Source of the DNA: Burkholderiaceae bacterium
Lineage (GTDB): Bacteria; Pseudomonadota; Gammaproteobacteria; Burkholderiales; Burkholderiaceae_F
Direction: 5' to 3'
Assembly: GCA_035623355.1 (NCBI GenBank)
Contig: DASPTP010000028.1
Location: forward strand, 320-64,319
DNA length: 64,000 nt
The notes under the pieces are model-generated. The model did no database searches and was not told where the DNA came from. It saw nothing but the letters and a program-made list of their open reading frames with translations. A program made the position numbers and the translations under genes. Numbering within the stretch: position 1 is the first letter of the stretch; each line of letters starts with the position of its first letter. Shown here piece by piece: positions 29,923 through 40,966 of the stretch.

Positions 29923-30824
29923 GCGATCCCACCCATCTGGCGCCGCGCCGGCAGAAAAACTGGGACTGGCGTGCCGCTGCCAATTTCATTTGCGGCGGTA
30001 GCGCAGGTGCCTTGCTGCTGTGGACGGCCTTCGCGGCCACCGGAGGTGGCGATCTGCGCGCCTTTGTGCTCGGCTCCCTTGCGCTTATCGGTACCGGACT
30101 GACCTGCGTCTGGTTTGAGCTGGGGCGCCCGTGGCGAGCGATCAACGTTCTGCGCCACGGCTCATCCTCGTGGATGACGCGCGAGGCCATCGTTGCGGCA
30201 CTGCTGTTTTGCTCGGGCACCATTTCGCTCACGGGCGGGGGGCACGCACTCGCGCTGGCGGCAACGGGTGGGCTCGGTCTCGCGTTTCTCTATAGCCAGG
30301 CGCGCATCTTGGCTGCCAACAAGGGCATTCCCGCGTGGCGGCACCGCAGGTGCGTGTCGCTCGTGATGACCACCGGACTCGCGGAGGGCGCGGGACTGCT
30401 GACGCCGCTTGCGCTGATTGCGCCTTCCACCGTAACGTTCGTCGCCGTATTGCTGGCCGCCCTTGCTTGCCTTCGTATGGTTGCTTGGCGGCGCTATCTC
30501 GGGGCACTGCGCGCCGAGGGAGCCCCCACGGGCACCATCGCAGCGCTGAGCGCAATCGACCGTAAATTCGTCTGGGCAGGCAACGCGGCCCCGGTCGGCC
30601 TCGCCCTGGTCGCCGCGGCCGCCTCGCAGCCCGCAATCGCCTTGCTTGCCGGGTGCGTTGTTGTCATCTCCGGCGCTTGGGCCAAATACACCCTGGTGTG
30701 TCGCGCCGCGTTTGTTCAGGGCTTCGCACTGCCGAAGGTCCCGGTTCGCGGAGCCGGTGTCTCAGCGCCGGGCGTACAACCCGGTTGGGAGAACGCCAAA
30801 CCCAGGGTCTGTGGCAAAGCGTAA
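29919..30824 (+). CDS. padD: Membrane anchor subunit (DmsC/NrfD-like)
   Basis: WDWRAAANF, ELGRPWRA.N.....SSWMTRE; multiple TM helices. Confidence 0.82.
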   Translation: MSDPTHLAPRRQKNWDWRAAANFICGGSAGALLLWTAFAATGGGDLRAFVLGSLALIGTGLTCVWFELGRPWRAINVLRHGSSSWMTREAIVAALLFCSGTISLTGGGHALALAATGGLGLAFLYSQARILAANKGIPAWRHRRCVSLVMTTGLAEGAGLLTPLALIAPSTVTFVAVLLAALACLRMVAWRRYLGALRAEGAPTGTIAALSAIDRKFVWAGNAAPVGLALVAAAASQPAIALLAGCVVVISGAWAKYTLVCRAAFVQGFALPKVPVRGAGVSAPGVQPGWENAKPRVCGKA

Positions 30825-31071
30825 GAGCGCGGGGCGTACAGGAGAAAACGGGCCCAGACCCGCAACGCGTCGAAGCCCGGCGGGCCCCGCCGGGACGCGG
30901 CAAAACCGTTGGCAGAGGCAAGCCGGCAAAGCCGGCGGAACGGATTCGCGCACGGCGGGCGCTGCACGACAGGCCAATATCGACCAAAACCACGCTGCGG
31001 TAGAACATAATTCCCGCCGGGGCGTAACCTAGCGCAGCCAAGTTCGATGGCCCGACGCGTCGGAGGAGACA

Positions 31072-32391
31072 ATGAGCTTGAAACGGCCTCATGCAATTGA
31101 CCGCGAACCGATCGAAACGGCCGGTCGCGAGCAGCTGCAGTCTTTGCAGCTGCAACGGATGCAGTGGTCGTTGCGGCACGCCTACGAAAACGTACCGCAC
31201 TACCGCGCCAAATTCGACCAAGCCGGTGTTCATCCGCGTCAGCTCAAAGAGCTTTCCGACCTGGAGAAGTTTCCGTTTACGACCAAAGCCGATCTGCGCG
31301 AAACCTACCCCTATGGAATGTTCGCCGTGCCTATGCGCGAGGTCGTGCGCGTACACGCCTCCTCGGGCACAACGGGCCGTCCGACCGTCGTCGGATACAC
31401 GCGCAATGACATCACCATGTGGGCGGGCGTCATGGCCCGCTCCCTGCGCGCGGCGGGCGTAACACCCGATGACATTTTGCTTAACTCGTATGGCTACGGA
31501 CTGTTCACGGGCGGGCTTGGCGCGCACCATGGTGGCGAGGCGCTCGGTGCGACGGTCATTCCGATGTCGGGCGGTCAGACCGAAAAGCAGGTGCAGTTGA
31601 TTCGCGAGCTGCGCCCGACGGTGCTGTTGTGCACGCCCTCCTATTCGCTCACCATCGCGGATGAGTTGATGCGACAGGCAATCAAGGCGGGGGAAACGTC
31701 GTTGCGGGTCGGTCTGTTCGGCGCCGAACCGTGGACCAACGAAATGCGCCGGGAAATCGAAACGCGCCTTGGTATTGACGCCGTGGACCTGTACGGCCTT
31801 TCGGAAGTGATTGGCCCGGGCGTGGCCTGCGAGTGTGTCGAAACCAAGGACGGGCCGCACGTCTGGGAGGACCATTTTTATCCCGAAATCGTCGATCCCG
31901 ATACGGGAGCGGTGCTGCCCGACGGCACCGACGGCGAGTTGGTGTTCACGTCGTTAACCAAGGAGGCACTGCCGGTCATCCGCTACCGTACGCGCGATCT
32001 GACGCGGCTCCTGCCGGGCACGGCGCGCAGCATGCGGCGCATGGGCAAGATCACGGGCCGCTCCGACGACATGCTGATTATCCGTGGGGTCAATGTCTTT
32101 CCGACGCAGATCGAGGAAATCTTGCTGCGAAATCCCCAGCTGGGCGGCATGTACCAATTGCACCTGTCGCGCGAAGGTCACCTCGATAAACTCGACGTTT
32201 ACGTCGAATTAAAGCCGCAGTTCTCCGAGGCGACCGAAGCACCCCAGCGGGAGCAGATCGCGCGGGAGGTCGCTCACCACATCAAATCGTTGATTGGCGT
32301 CACCGCCGAAGTTCATGTAACACCCACCGATACGATCGAACGCACACTGATCGGGAAGGCCAAACGGGTGATCGACAAGCGGCCCAAGTAG
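31072..32391 (+). CDS. paaK: Phenylacetate-CoA ligase
   Basis: HASSGTTGRPTVVGYT, YGYGLFTGGLG.H, YGLSEVIGPGV, GRSDDMLIIRGVNVFP. Confidence 0.93.
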   Translation: MSLKRPHAIDREPIETAGREQLQSLQLQRMQWSLRHAYENVPHYRAKFDQAGVHPRQLKELSDLEKFPFTTKADLRETYPYGMFAVPMREVVRVHASSGTTGRPTVVGYTRNDITMWAGVMARSLRAAGVTPDDILLNSYGYGLFTGGLGAHHGGEALGATVIPMSGGQTEKQVQLIRELRPTVLLCTPSYSLTIADELMRQAIKAGETSLRVGLFGAEPWTNEMRREIETRLGIDAVDLYGLSEVIGPGVACECVETKDGPHVWEDHFYPEIVDPDTGAVLPDGTDGELVFTSLTKEALPVIRYRTRDLTRLLPGTARSMRRMGKITGRSDDMLIIRGVNVFPTQIEEILLRNPQLGGMYQLHLSREGHLDKLDVYVELKPQFSEATEAPQREQIAREVAHHIKSLIGVTAEVHVTPTDTIERTLIGKAKRVIDKRPK

Positions 32392-32413
32392 GAGCCGCAC
32401 CGGCGAACCGCTT

Positions 32414-33289
32414 ATGTCCGCACAATTCCTGCAGTTTTTCTTCTCCGGCATCACCGTGGGGGCCACTTATGCGCTGTCGGCGCTCGGCTTCACCCTGATC
32501 TACAACGCGTGCAACGTCATCAATTTCGCGCAAGGTGAGTTCATCATGCTTGGCGGCATGCTTACGGTCTTCTTCGTTCACGGCGGCCTGCCCTTGCCGA
32601 TAGCGGCGATTTTGGCCGTCATTGCTCCGGCCGTCGTCGGCATTTTGCTCGAAAAATTCGCCATTGAGCCTGCGCAGGGCGCCGGCAGCGTGAGCCTGAT
32701 CATCATCACCATCGGTGCATCACTGGTTATTCGGGGCGTGATCCAAATTTGGCTCGGGAAAGGAGCTCACATTCTGGCCGCATTTTCCAGCAACGAACCG
32801 ATTGCGATTGGCGGGGCAACACTGCTACCGCAAAGCCTCTGGGTTCTGGGCGTTGCCGCCGCGATGGTCATTGCACTGTGGTTGTTTTTCCGCCGCACGG
32901 TAGCGGGCAAAGCGATTTTGGCAACGTCCTACAACGCGCTCGCGGCACAGTTGGTCGGCATTCCCACGCAATGGGTGCTGCGACTGAGTTTCGCGCTTTC
33001 CGCCGCGATGGGCGCTGTGGCGGGCATACTGCTGACGCCAATTACCCTAACCTCCTACGACGTCGGAATCATGCTCGGACTCAAGGGCTTTGTTGCGGCG
33101 GTCGTCGGCGGCTTGGGCAGCGGACTAGGCGCCGTGGCGGGCGGGCTCTTGGTGGGCCTCGTGGAGGCCATGTCGGCCGGTTACATCTCGTCAGCCTACA
33201 AGGACGCGGTGCCGTTCGTGCTGATCTTGTTCATCTTGTTTTTCTTACCCCGTGGGCTGTTCGGCGCGCGGATCACCGAGCGCGTATGA
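32414..33289 (+). CDS. livH: Liv-type ABC permease
   Basis: YAL.ALGFTLIY....VINFAQGE, KGF.AAVVGGLGS. Confidence 0.9.
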   Translation: MSAQFLQFFFSGITVGATYALSALGFTLIYNACNVINFAQGEFIMLGGMLTVFFVHGGLPLPIAAILAVIAPAVVGILLEKFAIEPAQGAGSVSLIIITIGASLVIRGVIQIWLGKGAHILAAFSSNEPIAIGGATLLPQSLWVLGVAAAMVIALWLFFRRTVAGKAILATSYNALAAQLVGIPTQWVLRLSFALSAAMGAVAGILLTPITLTSYDVGIMLGLKGFVAAVVGGLGSGLGAVAGGLLVGLVEAMSAGYISSAYKDAVPFVLILFILFFLPRGLFGARITERV

Positions 33290-34215
33290 AGCACCGCAAT
33301 ACCGGACTGTTTCTCCTCGCGGGGATCTTAGTCGCGCTGCCACTGCTTTTGCCCAATTCGTATTACTACGACATCGCCATTCGGATGGCGATCAACGCGG
33401 TTGTGGCGTTGGGGTTGAATCTTCTAATTGGGTTTGCCGGGCAGGTCAGCCTGGGGCACGCGGGATTTTTCGGAATCGGCGCCTATGCAACGGCCATTTT
33501 GACGACGCATTTTGGCTGGCACCCCCTGCTGGCTCTGCTCGCGGGAGCACTCGGCGCCGCCGCGCTGGCCGCGCTTTTGGCGCGGCCAATATTTCGCCTG
33601 CGCGGGCACTACTTGGCCATGGCGACCCTCGGGCTGGGAATCCTCATTGCCATGGCTCTGAAAAACGAGGCCGCCTACACGGGCGGCCCCGACGGCATGG
33701 CGGTTGCCCCGATGAGCGTGTTCGGCCTGCAGATGGACGGCGAGCAACAATGGTATTGGTTTTTTTCTGCCAACTTGCTTTTTAGCGTCTGGGCCTGCCG
33801 CAACCTGATCGACTCGCCATTTGGACGAGCCTTGCGCGCACTGCACGGATGTGAGGTGGCCGCGCAAGTGGCCGGGGTGAACGTGGCCCGCTATAAGGCG
33901 ATCATCTTCGTATTTTCGGCTTTCTTTGCCAGCATCATGGGCAGTCTTACCGCGCATTACGTCGGCTTCGTCACGCCGAACGTTGCGGATTTTTTCTATT
34001 CGATCGAACTCGTCACGATGGTCGTAGTCGGCGGTATGGCATCCGTCTTCGGCTCCGTGTTGGGCGCCGCACTGCTCACCGCGCTACCGCAGGCGCTGGC
34101 CACCTTGGAAGGCTGGGAAACGGTGGCTTTCGGCACGATTCTGGTGCTATTCATGGTGTTTTTACCCGAGGGTCTGGTGCCGTCCCTGTCAAGACGTTTT
34201 GCCGGGCGACCGTAA
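33286..34215 (+). CDS. livM: Liv-type ABC permease
   Basis: GLNLLIGFAGQVSLGHAGFFGIGAY, LRGHYLAMAT, TGGPDG, SPFGRAL. Confidence 0.9.
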   Translation: MKHRNTGLFLLAGILVALPLLLPNSYYYDIAIRMAINAVVALGLNLLIGFAGQVSLGHAGFFGIGAYATAILTTHFGWHPLLALLAGALGAAALAALLARPIFRLRGHYLAMATLGLGILIAMALKNEAAYTGGPDGMAVAPMSVFGLQMDGEQQWYWFFSANLLFSVWACRNLIDSPFGRALRALHGCEVAAQVAGVNVARYKAIIFVFSAFFASIMGSLTAHYVGFVTPNVADFFYSIELVTMVVVGGMASVFGSVLGAALLTALPQALATLEGWETVAFGTILVLFMVFLPEGLVPSLSRRFAGRP

Positions 34216-34976
34216 TGGCGCTTCTCGAGGTCGACGGGCTGAGCAAAGCCTTTAGCGGCGTAATGGCGGTGCAGGACGTCACCTTCCAAGTCGAAGCCGG
34301 TGACGTGTATTCCGTAATTGGCCCCAACGGCGCCGGGAAGACCACGCTATTTAACCTCATCACCGGTATCTATCAGCCAAGCAGCGGGGAAATCCGTCTG
34401 GACGGGGAGACCGTCACGGGCCTGCCACCGCACCTGCTGGCGCAAAAGGGCATGGCGCGGACATTTCAGAACCTGCAGGTTTGCATGAATCTGAGTGCGG
34501 TGGAAAATGTAATGCTCGGAGCGCATCTGGCGCTGGACCGCAACTTATTCAAGGGAATGTTCAGTTTGCCGACCGTTCGGCGTGCGGATCGGGCTCTGTA
34601 CGAGCAGGCCGCAGACTTGATGGGCTTTGTCGGCCTGGCGCCTTACTTGAACAGTGCGGCCAGCGCGATGCCATACGGCGCGCTCAAGCGCTTGGAAATC
34701 GCCCGCGCTTTGGCCGCAAAGCCGCGCATCCTTTTTCTCGACGAACCGGCCGCGGGCCTTAACCCCCGGGAAACGGCGGAAATCGATGCACTGGTCAGGG
34801 AGCTCGCCGACCGTCAGACGACGGTAGTCCTGGTTGAGCACGATATGAAAATGGTGATGAACATATCCGATCGAATCTTGGTGCTTAACTACGGCAAAAA
34901 GCTCATCGAGGGCAGTGCCCGGGACGTTCGTCGCGACCCGGAAGTGATTGCGGCGTATCTGGGTGCGACTGCCTAA
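34215..34976 (+). CDS. livG: Liv-type ABC ATPase
   Basis: GPNGAGKTT, RTFQN, PYG..KRLEIARAL, LDEPAAGLN, VEHDM, AYLG. Confidence 0.9.
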   Translation: MALLEVDGLSKAFSGVMAVQDVTFQVEAGDVYSVIGPNGAGKTTLFNLITGIYQPSSGEIRLDGETVTGLPPHLLAQKGMARTFQNLQVCMNLSAVENVMLGAHLALDRNLFKGMFSLPTVRRADRALYEQAADLMGFVGLAPYLNSAASAMPYGALKRLEIARALAAKPRILFLDEPAAGLNPRETAEIDALVRELADRQTTVVLVEHDMKMVMNISDRILVLNYGKKLIEGSARDVRRDPEVIAAYLGATA

Positions 34977-34982
34977 CGTGCG

Positions 34983-36299
<1,317 letters not shown>

Positions 36300-36345
36300 A
36301 GACAAGAACCGGAAATTTCTGCAACCAGCTGGAGGAGAAAACGAC

Positions 36346-37488
36346 ATGTACAAACTGCTGCGCGTATGCGCCACGGTCCTGGGCCTTAGTCTGGCGATGG
36401 CGGTCGGGGCCGCCGAGCCGATCAAGATCGGCTCGGTGCTGTCGGTGACCGGTCCGGCGGCCTTTCTCGGGGACCCTGAGCTCAAGACCCTGCAGCTTTA
36501 TGTGGAATCCATCAACAAGTCCGGCGGCGTGATTGGCAGGCCGTTACAACTTGTCTCCTACGACGATGGCTCCGATGCCACCAAGGCCAACGGGTTTGCC
36601 AAACGCCTGATTGACGACGACATGGTCGACGTGCTGATCGGAGGCACGACAACCGGGGCCACGATGTCGATGGTGCCGTTGGTCGAAAAATCTGGGATTC
36701 CATTCGTATCGCTCGCCGGGGCGGTGGTCATCATTGAACCCGTGAAAAAGTGGGTGTTTAAAACACCGCACACGGATCGCATGGCCGCGGAGAAGGTGTT
36801 CTTGGACATGAAAAAGCGCGGAATCACAAACGTCGCGTTGTTGTCGGAAACCAGTGGCTTTGGGCAGTCCGGCAGAAAGGAAACGCAGGCCCTGGCCGCG
36901 AAAATGGGAATGAATCTCGTGGCCGACGAAACCTATGGGCCCAAAGATACGGACATGAGCCCCCAACTCACAAAAATCAAAAATACACCCGGGGTTCAGG
37001 CGCTGTTTGTCTTTGGATTGGGTCAGGGCCCGGCGATCGTCAACCGAGACATACGTCAAGTCGGCTTGTCCGTGCCGGTCTACCACGCGCACGGCGTGGC
37101 TTCCGAAGAGTTCATCAAACTTTCGGGTCCATCGGCCGAGGGCGTGCGTCTGCCAGCGGCCGCCTTACTGATCGCGGACAAGCTGCCGGCAAGCGATCCG
37201 CAAAAACCGGTGGCCACGGCCTACCGCAAGGCATATCACGACCGCTACAACGAGGATGTCTCAACTTTCGGCGGTCACGCGTACGACGGTCTGATGCTCG
37301 TCGTCGATGCGATCAAGCGCGCTGGCAGCACCGACAAAGCCAAGGTGCGCGCGGCGCTGGAGCAGACCAAGGGCTTTATCGGAACCGGCGGCGTCGTGAA
37401 CATGTCGGAATCCGACCATTTGGGACTGGATCTGACGTCGTTTCGCATGCTTGAGGTGAAAAACGGCGACTGGTTTCTCGTTGACTGA
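36346..37488 (+). CDS. ABC substrate-binding protein (LivK/aromatic-acid type)
   Basis: Signal peptide, IKIG...S.TGPAA.LG, IN..GGV.GR; GGAG RBS before ATG 36346. Confidence 0.88.
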   Translation: MYKLLRVCATVLGLSLAMAVGAAEPIKIGSVLSVTGPAAFLGDPELKTLQLYVESINKSGGVIGRPLQLVSYDDGSDATKANGFAKRLIDDDMVDVLIGGTTTGATMSMVPLVEKSGIPFVSLAGAVVIIEPVKKWVFKTPHTDRMAAEKVFLDMKKRGITNVALLSETSGFGQSGRKETQALAAKMGMNLVADETYGPKDTDMSPQLTKIKNTPGVQALFVFGLGQGPAIVNRDIRQVGLSVPVYHAHGVASEEFIKLSGPSAEGVRLPAAALLIADKLPASDPQKPVATAYRKAYHDRYNEDVSTFGGHAYDGLMLVVDAIKRAGSTDKAKVRAALEQTKGFIGTGGVVNMSESDHLGLDLTSFRMLEVKNGDWFLVD

Positions 37489-37498
37489 ACACTCGACT

Positions 37499-38623
37499 AT
37501 GGCGACGACGACGGCTTCGCCATCCGCGTCATCCGCGTTGTCTTCCCCTGCGCGTTCGCATGCGCGGGTGACGTCGCGTCTTTCGCCCGCGGGCGTCGCC
37601 CAAATTTCGGACGGACCGACCTTCGCGCCGTCCCGCAAGAGCCGCGTGCTCGGCCGCCTGATCGACCAACTACTGACGCAGCGTCCCCCCCGGGCCAACT
37701 CGCTGATCATTACGGTTTATGGCGACATGATCGCGCCGCACGGCGGAACCGTGTGGCTTGGCAGCTTTATCAAGCTGGCGCAACCCCTGGGTTTGAATCC
37801 GCGCATGGTGCGCACCAGCGTGTTTCGTCTGTCCCGCGAAAAGTGGCTCGTGTCCGAACAAATTGGCCGACGCAGCTATTACAGTTTGACCGCGACGGGC
37901 CGACGAAGATTCGAACATGCCTACCGCCGAATCTACGAAGTTCCGAGCGACTCGTGGAACGGTGCTTGGCAGCTGGTAGTGCTACCGCGCGACGGCTTGG
38001 CGCCGAATGTGCGCGAAGCGCTGCGCAAGGAATTGCAATGGGAGGGATTCGCCGCGATCGCGCCGGGCATCCTGGCCCATCCCTCGGCGCAAAGCGATTC
38101 GCTGGTCGACATCCTTCAGGGCACGGGCACGCACGACAAGGTTGTTGTCTTACAGGCGAATACGCTCGGCGCCCTAGCCCAACAACCGCTCAAGGATCTT
38201 GCGGAACAATGTTGGAACCTCGCCCAGGTTGCCGCCGGGTATCGTGGTTTCCTCACTCGATTTCGCGGAATCGCGCGCGCGCTGCAGAGCGCTTCAACCC
38301 TTGACGCCGAGCAATGTTTTGTCATCCGCGCGATGCTCATGCACGAGTTTCGTCGCGTGCAGTTGCGCGATCCGCAGTTGCCGCGTCAGCTTCTGCCGGC
38401 AGATTGGCCGGGGGATTCGGCTCGCGCACTGTGCCGGGACATCTATCGGCTTTGCCAGCACCCGACGGAAGAGCACTTGATGCGCGTCTTGGAAACGGCC
38501 GACGGCCCATTGCCGCCCGCGGCCCCTAGCTTTTACGCGCGCTTTGGCGGACTGCAGCCGCCAGCTACCGCTTCTGCGCGCCCGGCACCATCGGACAACG
38601 TTCGTCGCGAGGAACTCCGATGA
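37499..38623 (+). CDS. paaX: Phenylacetyl-CoA-responsive repressor PaaX/PadR
   Basis: SLIITVYGD..PHGG.VWLGS, RTSVFRL, GRRSYY.LT, L.W.GF, HEFRR..LRDP.LP..LLP.DWPG. Confidence 0.92.
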   Translation: MATTTASPSASSALSSPARSHARVTSRLSPAGVAQISDGPTFAPSRKSRVLGRLIDQLLTQRPPRANSLIITVYGDMIAPHGGTVWLGSFIKLAQPLGLNPRMVRTSVFRLSREKWLVSEQIGRRSYYSLTATGRRRFEHAYRRIYEVPSDSWNGAWQLVVLPRDGLAPNVREALRKELQWEGFAAIAPGILAHPSAQSDSLVDILQGTGTHDKVVVLQANTLGALAQQPLKDLAEQCWNLAQVAAGYRGFLTRFRGIARALQSASTLDAEQCFVIRAMLMHEFRRVQLRDPQLPRQLLPADWPGDSARALCRDIYRLCQHPTEEHLMRVLETADGPLPPAAPSFYARFGGLQPPATASARPAPSDNVRREELR

Positions 38624-39051
38624 CGGGTATCGACAAGTTCATGGCAGCCTACAAGCGCGCCTGGGAAACGAGTGACGCACATCTGCTGGCTTCGCTCTTC
38701 GCGCCCGATGGCGTCTACCGCAACACTCCCTTCGCGCAGCAGTGCGGCCACGATGCCATCAAGAAGTATTGGCAACGCACGAAGCTGCAAACCGACATTT
38801 GCCTGCGCTATGAGATCCTGGCGCGCAATGAGCGCGGAGGTGTGGCTCACTGGCACACGACGTACCAAGTAACGTCCGAGGAGCTCTTTCGCATCTGGGC
38901 CGAATCCACGGGCACCAATCTGCTTGCCCGAAAGCCGGGCGATCCGCTGCCTCGGCTCGCACTGGACGGCATCGCGGTAGTGCAACTCGATAATGTCGGG
39001 CTGTGCCGCGATTTCAGCCTTTGGTGGCATAGCCGGATCGATGAGGATTGA
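38620..39051 (+). CDS. NTF2/SnoaL-like fold protein
   Basis: Y..AWE..D......LF..D..Y...PF....G...I..YW pattern; ATGA overlap with paaX. Confidence 0.75.
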   Translation: MTGIDKFMAAYKRAWETSDAHLLASLFAPDGVYRNTPFAQQCGHDAIKKYWQRTKLQTDICLRYEILARNERGGVAHWHTTYQVTSEELFRIWAESTGTNLLARKPGDPLPRLALDGIAVVQLDNVGLCRDFSLWWHSRIDED

Positions 39052-39108
39052 CAGCGAGCACACCGGCGCCCGGCCTTTTCCCGATTGCCGGGTGATCCGA
39101 AACTTGTG

Positions 39109-40329
39109 CTACTCCCGATGTCGGGACAAGGCACGCGAGACCAAATACAACGCGCCACCCACCGCCGCCGAGGTCAGGGACATCGGATAGAGCGTGCCGT
39201 TGTAGCTCATGCCAATCCAGCTACCGACGAGCAACGCGGAAAACATAGTGAAAAATCCCAGCAAGCCCGCCGCGGTGCCCGCGCGGTGACCGAAGGGCGC
39301 CACCGCCCCGACCTGCGCGCACGGCCAATTGATGCCGTGGGCAAACATTACGAGGAACTGACAAACAACCACCGTAGCCCAATGGTGCAAGCCCAGCGCA
39401 ACGGCCACCGCGAAAAGCATTCCCGCCGCGGCGCTTAGGGCGCCACCCAGGGAAGCGGCGCGGGCGATCCCGATGCCCAGCAACAGCCTTCGGCAAACGA
39501 ACGTGCCCGTCAAAAAGCCGCTTACGCCAAAGGCCCAGGCATAACCAAACCAGACCGTCGGCATCTTAAGGGCGTCGGTAAGCGCAAACGAGGCTCCCGA
39601 AATGAACACGAAAATCGAACCATAGGAAAGGGCGCCGGGCAAGGTGTAGGCCCAGAAAGCCGGCACCGCCAAAATCTCGCGATACCCGCGTACGAGGCCA
39701 GAGAGTTGCAGCGCCGTGACATCCTTTTGCCGATTCGTCTCGGCCAAAACGTGCCAGGTCAGCAGCAGCAGAGCCGCACCGAAGGCGGCATGTACGACGA
39801 ATGCGGCGCGCCATCCAAAAGCGACCTGCAGGTACCCGCCCGCAATCGGGCCTAGCAAGGGAGCCAGGGCCATCACGCTGGTCGCCGTTGCAACGACGCG
39901 CGCGCCTTCCGTCGGCGAATGCACATCGCGAACGATCGCTCGAGCAATGACGACCGCCGTACAACAGCCGATTGCCTGCACCAACCGAGTTGCCACCAAT
40001 ACGGAAATGGACGGTGCCGCGGCGCACACGATACTGGCCCCTACATATAGCGCCAATCCCGCAAGCAACACAGGGCGCCGACCGAACCGATCCGACATGG
40101 GGCCCGCCAGCAGTTGCGCGCCAGCAAAGCCAACGACAAACAGCGACAGGGTCTGCTGGACAGCCGCTGGCGACGTCTGGAAGTAGCGCGCCAGGTGCGG
40201 CAGAGAGGCCAAATACAGATCGGTCGATAGCGGCTGCAGCATCAGGCACGCCGCGATGACGCTCAACAAACGGTTAGCCGCAAACCGCTCCGGTCGCGGC
40301 GCCGCCGTCCCATTTAGCGGGCTGGGCAT
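39109..40329 (-). CDS. Bcr/CflA-family MFS efflux transporter
   Basis: PLSTDLYL.SLP, G..SDRFGRRPVL, R.VQAIG, 12 TM helices; ATG at 40329 inferred. Confidence 0.88.
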   Translation of the reverse strand: MPSPLNGTAAPRPERFAANRLLSVIAACLMLQPLSTDLYLASLPHLARYFQTSPAAVQQTLSLFVVGFAGAQLLAGPMSDRFGRRPVLLAGLALYVGASIVCAAAPSISVLVATRLVQAIGCCTAVVIARAIVRDVHSPTEGARVVATATSVMALAPLLGPIAGGYLQVAFGWRAAFVVHAAFGAALLLLTWHVLAETNRQKDVTALQLSGLVRGYREILAVPAFWAYTLPGALSYGSIFVFISGASFALTDALKMPTVWFGYAWAFGVSGFLTGTFVCRRLLLGIGIARAASLGGALSAAAGMLFAVAVALGLHHWATVVVCQFLVMFAHGINWPCAQVGAVAPFGHRAGTAAGLLGFFTMFSALLVGSWIGMSYNGTLYPMSLTSAAVGGALYLVSRALSRHRE

Positions 40330-40468
40330 ACGGTCACCGCCCTCGGCAGCCGCGGTTTCTTGCCCGCGCCCTAACATGCGTTGCGCACCGAATTTTCGAG
40401 ACCGTCCCAACCGCGCACGCTCACACCCCATGCCCGGCCCCAGATACGGCCTTGACGCCGGACGCGGT

Positions 40469-40966
40469 TCACGCCGCCAAAAGCCTCATCGCGATCCGCC
40501 GGTCCGCATGCGCTGGCGGTACGTCGAGCAGATCCAGATACCGCGACAGATTTGCGCCGACCGCCGCCTGTGGGATCGCGCGACGCTTGCTCGGCGGCAA
40601 ACGCTTGGCGATTGCCAGCAATATTCCTTGTTCGACGTATTCCAAATCGAGCTCGGTAGCGGAGATTCGATCTTTCAGCTGCCGGGCCCACGCTTTCGGC
40701 ACGCCCGCCGGCGGATGCTTCAGGGTTCGTCGCGCCCGACGAAGCGGCCCAATGATTTCGGTCTGCAGCGGCTGGACCTTCGCCATGGCCATGCGAAGAT
40801 GACGTTTGTTAACAAGCCGTCCTCCCTGACCAAGCCAACCACAGTACAGAAGCAAATTGACGTCCGCGTTCCAGCGGTCTTGCAGTGCCAGACAGGCGGC
40901 GGCCACGGCTGGATCGCGGTAGGTGGCCAGCGAATAGCGCCAGAACGGATGGGGTCGGCGGTGCAT
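40469..40966 (-). CDS. TIGR02444 family protein (unknown function)
   Basis: FWRYSL..Y..P.V..ACL.LQD....DVNLLL.C.W, PLR..RR, EL..E..EQ; TGATG overlap. Confidence 0.8.
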   Translation of the reverse strand: MHRRPHPFWRYSLATYRDPAVAAACLALQDRWNADVNLLLYCGWLGQGGRLVNKRHLRMAMAKVQPLQTEIIGPLRRARRTLKHPPAGVPKAWARQLKDRISATELDLEYVEQGILLAIAKRLPPSKRRAIPQAAVGANLSRYLDLLDVPPAHADRRIAMRLLAA

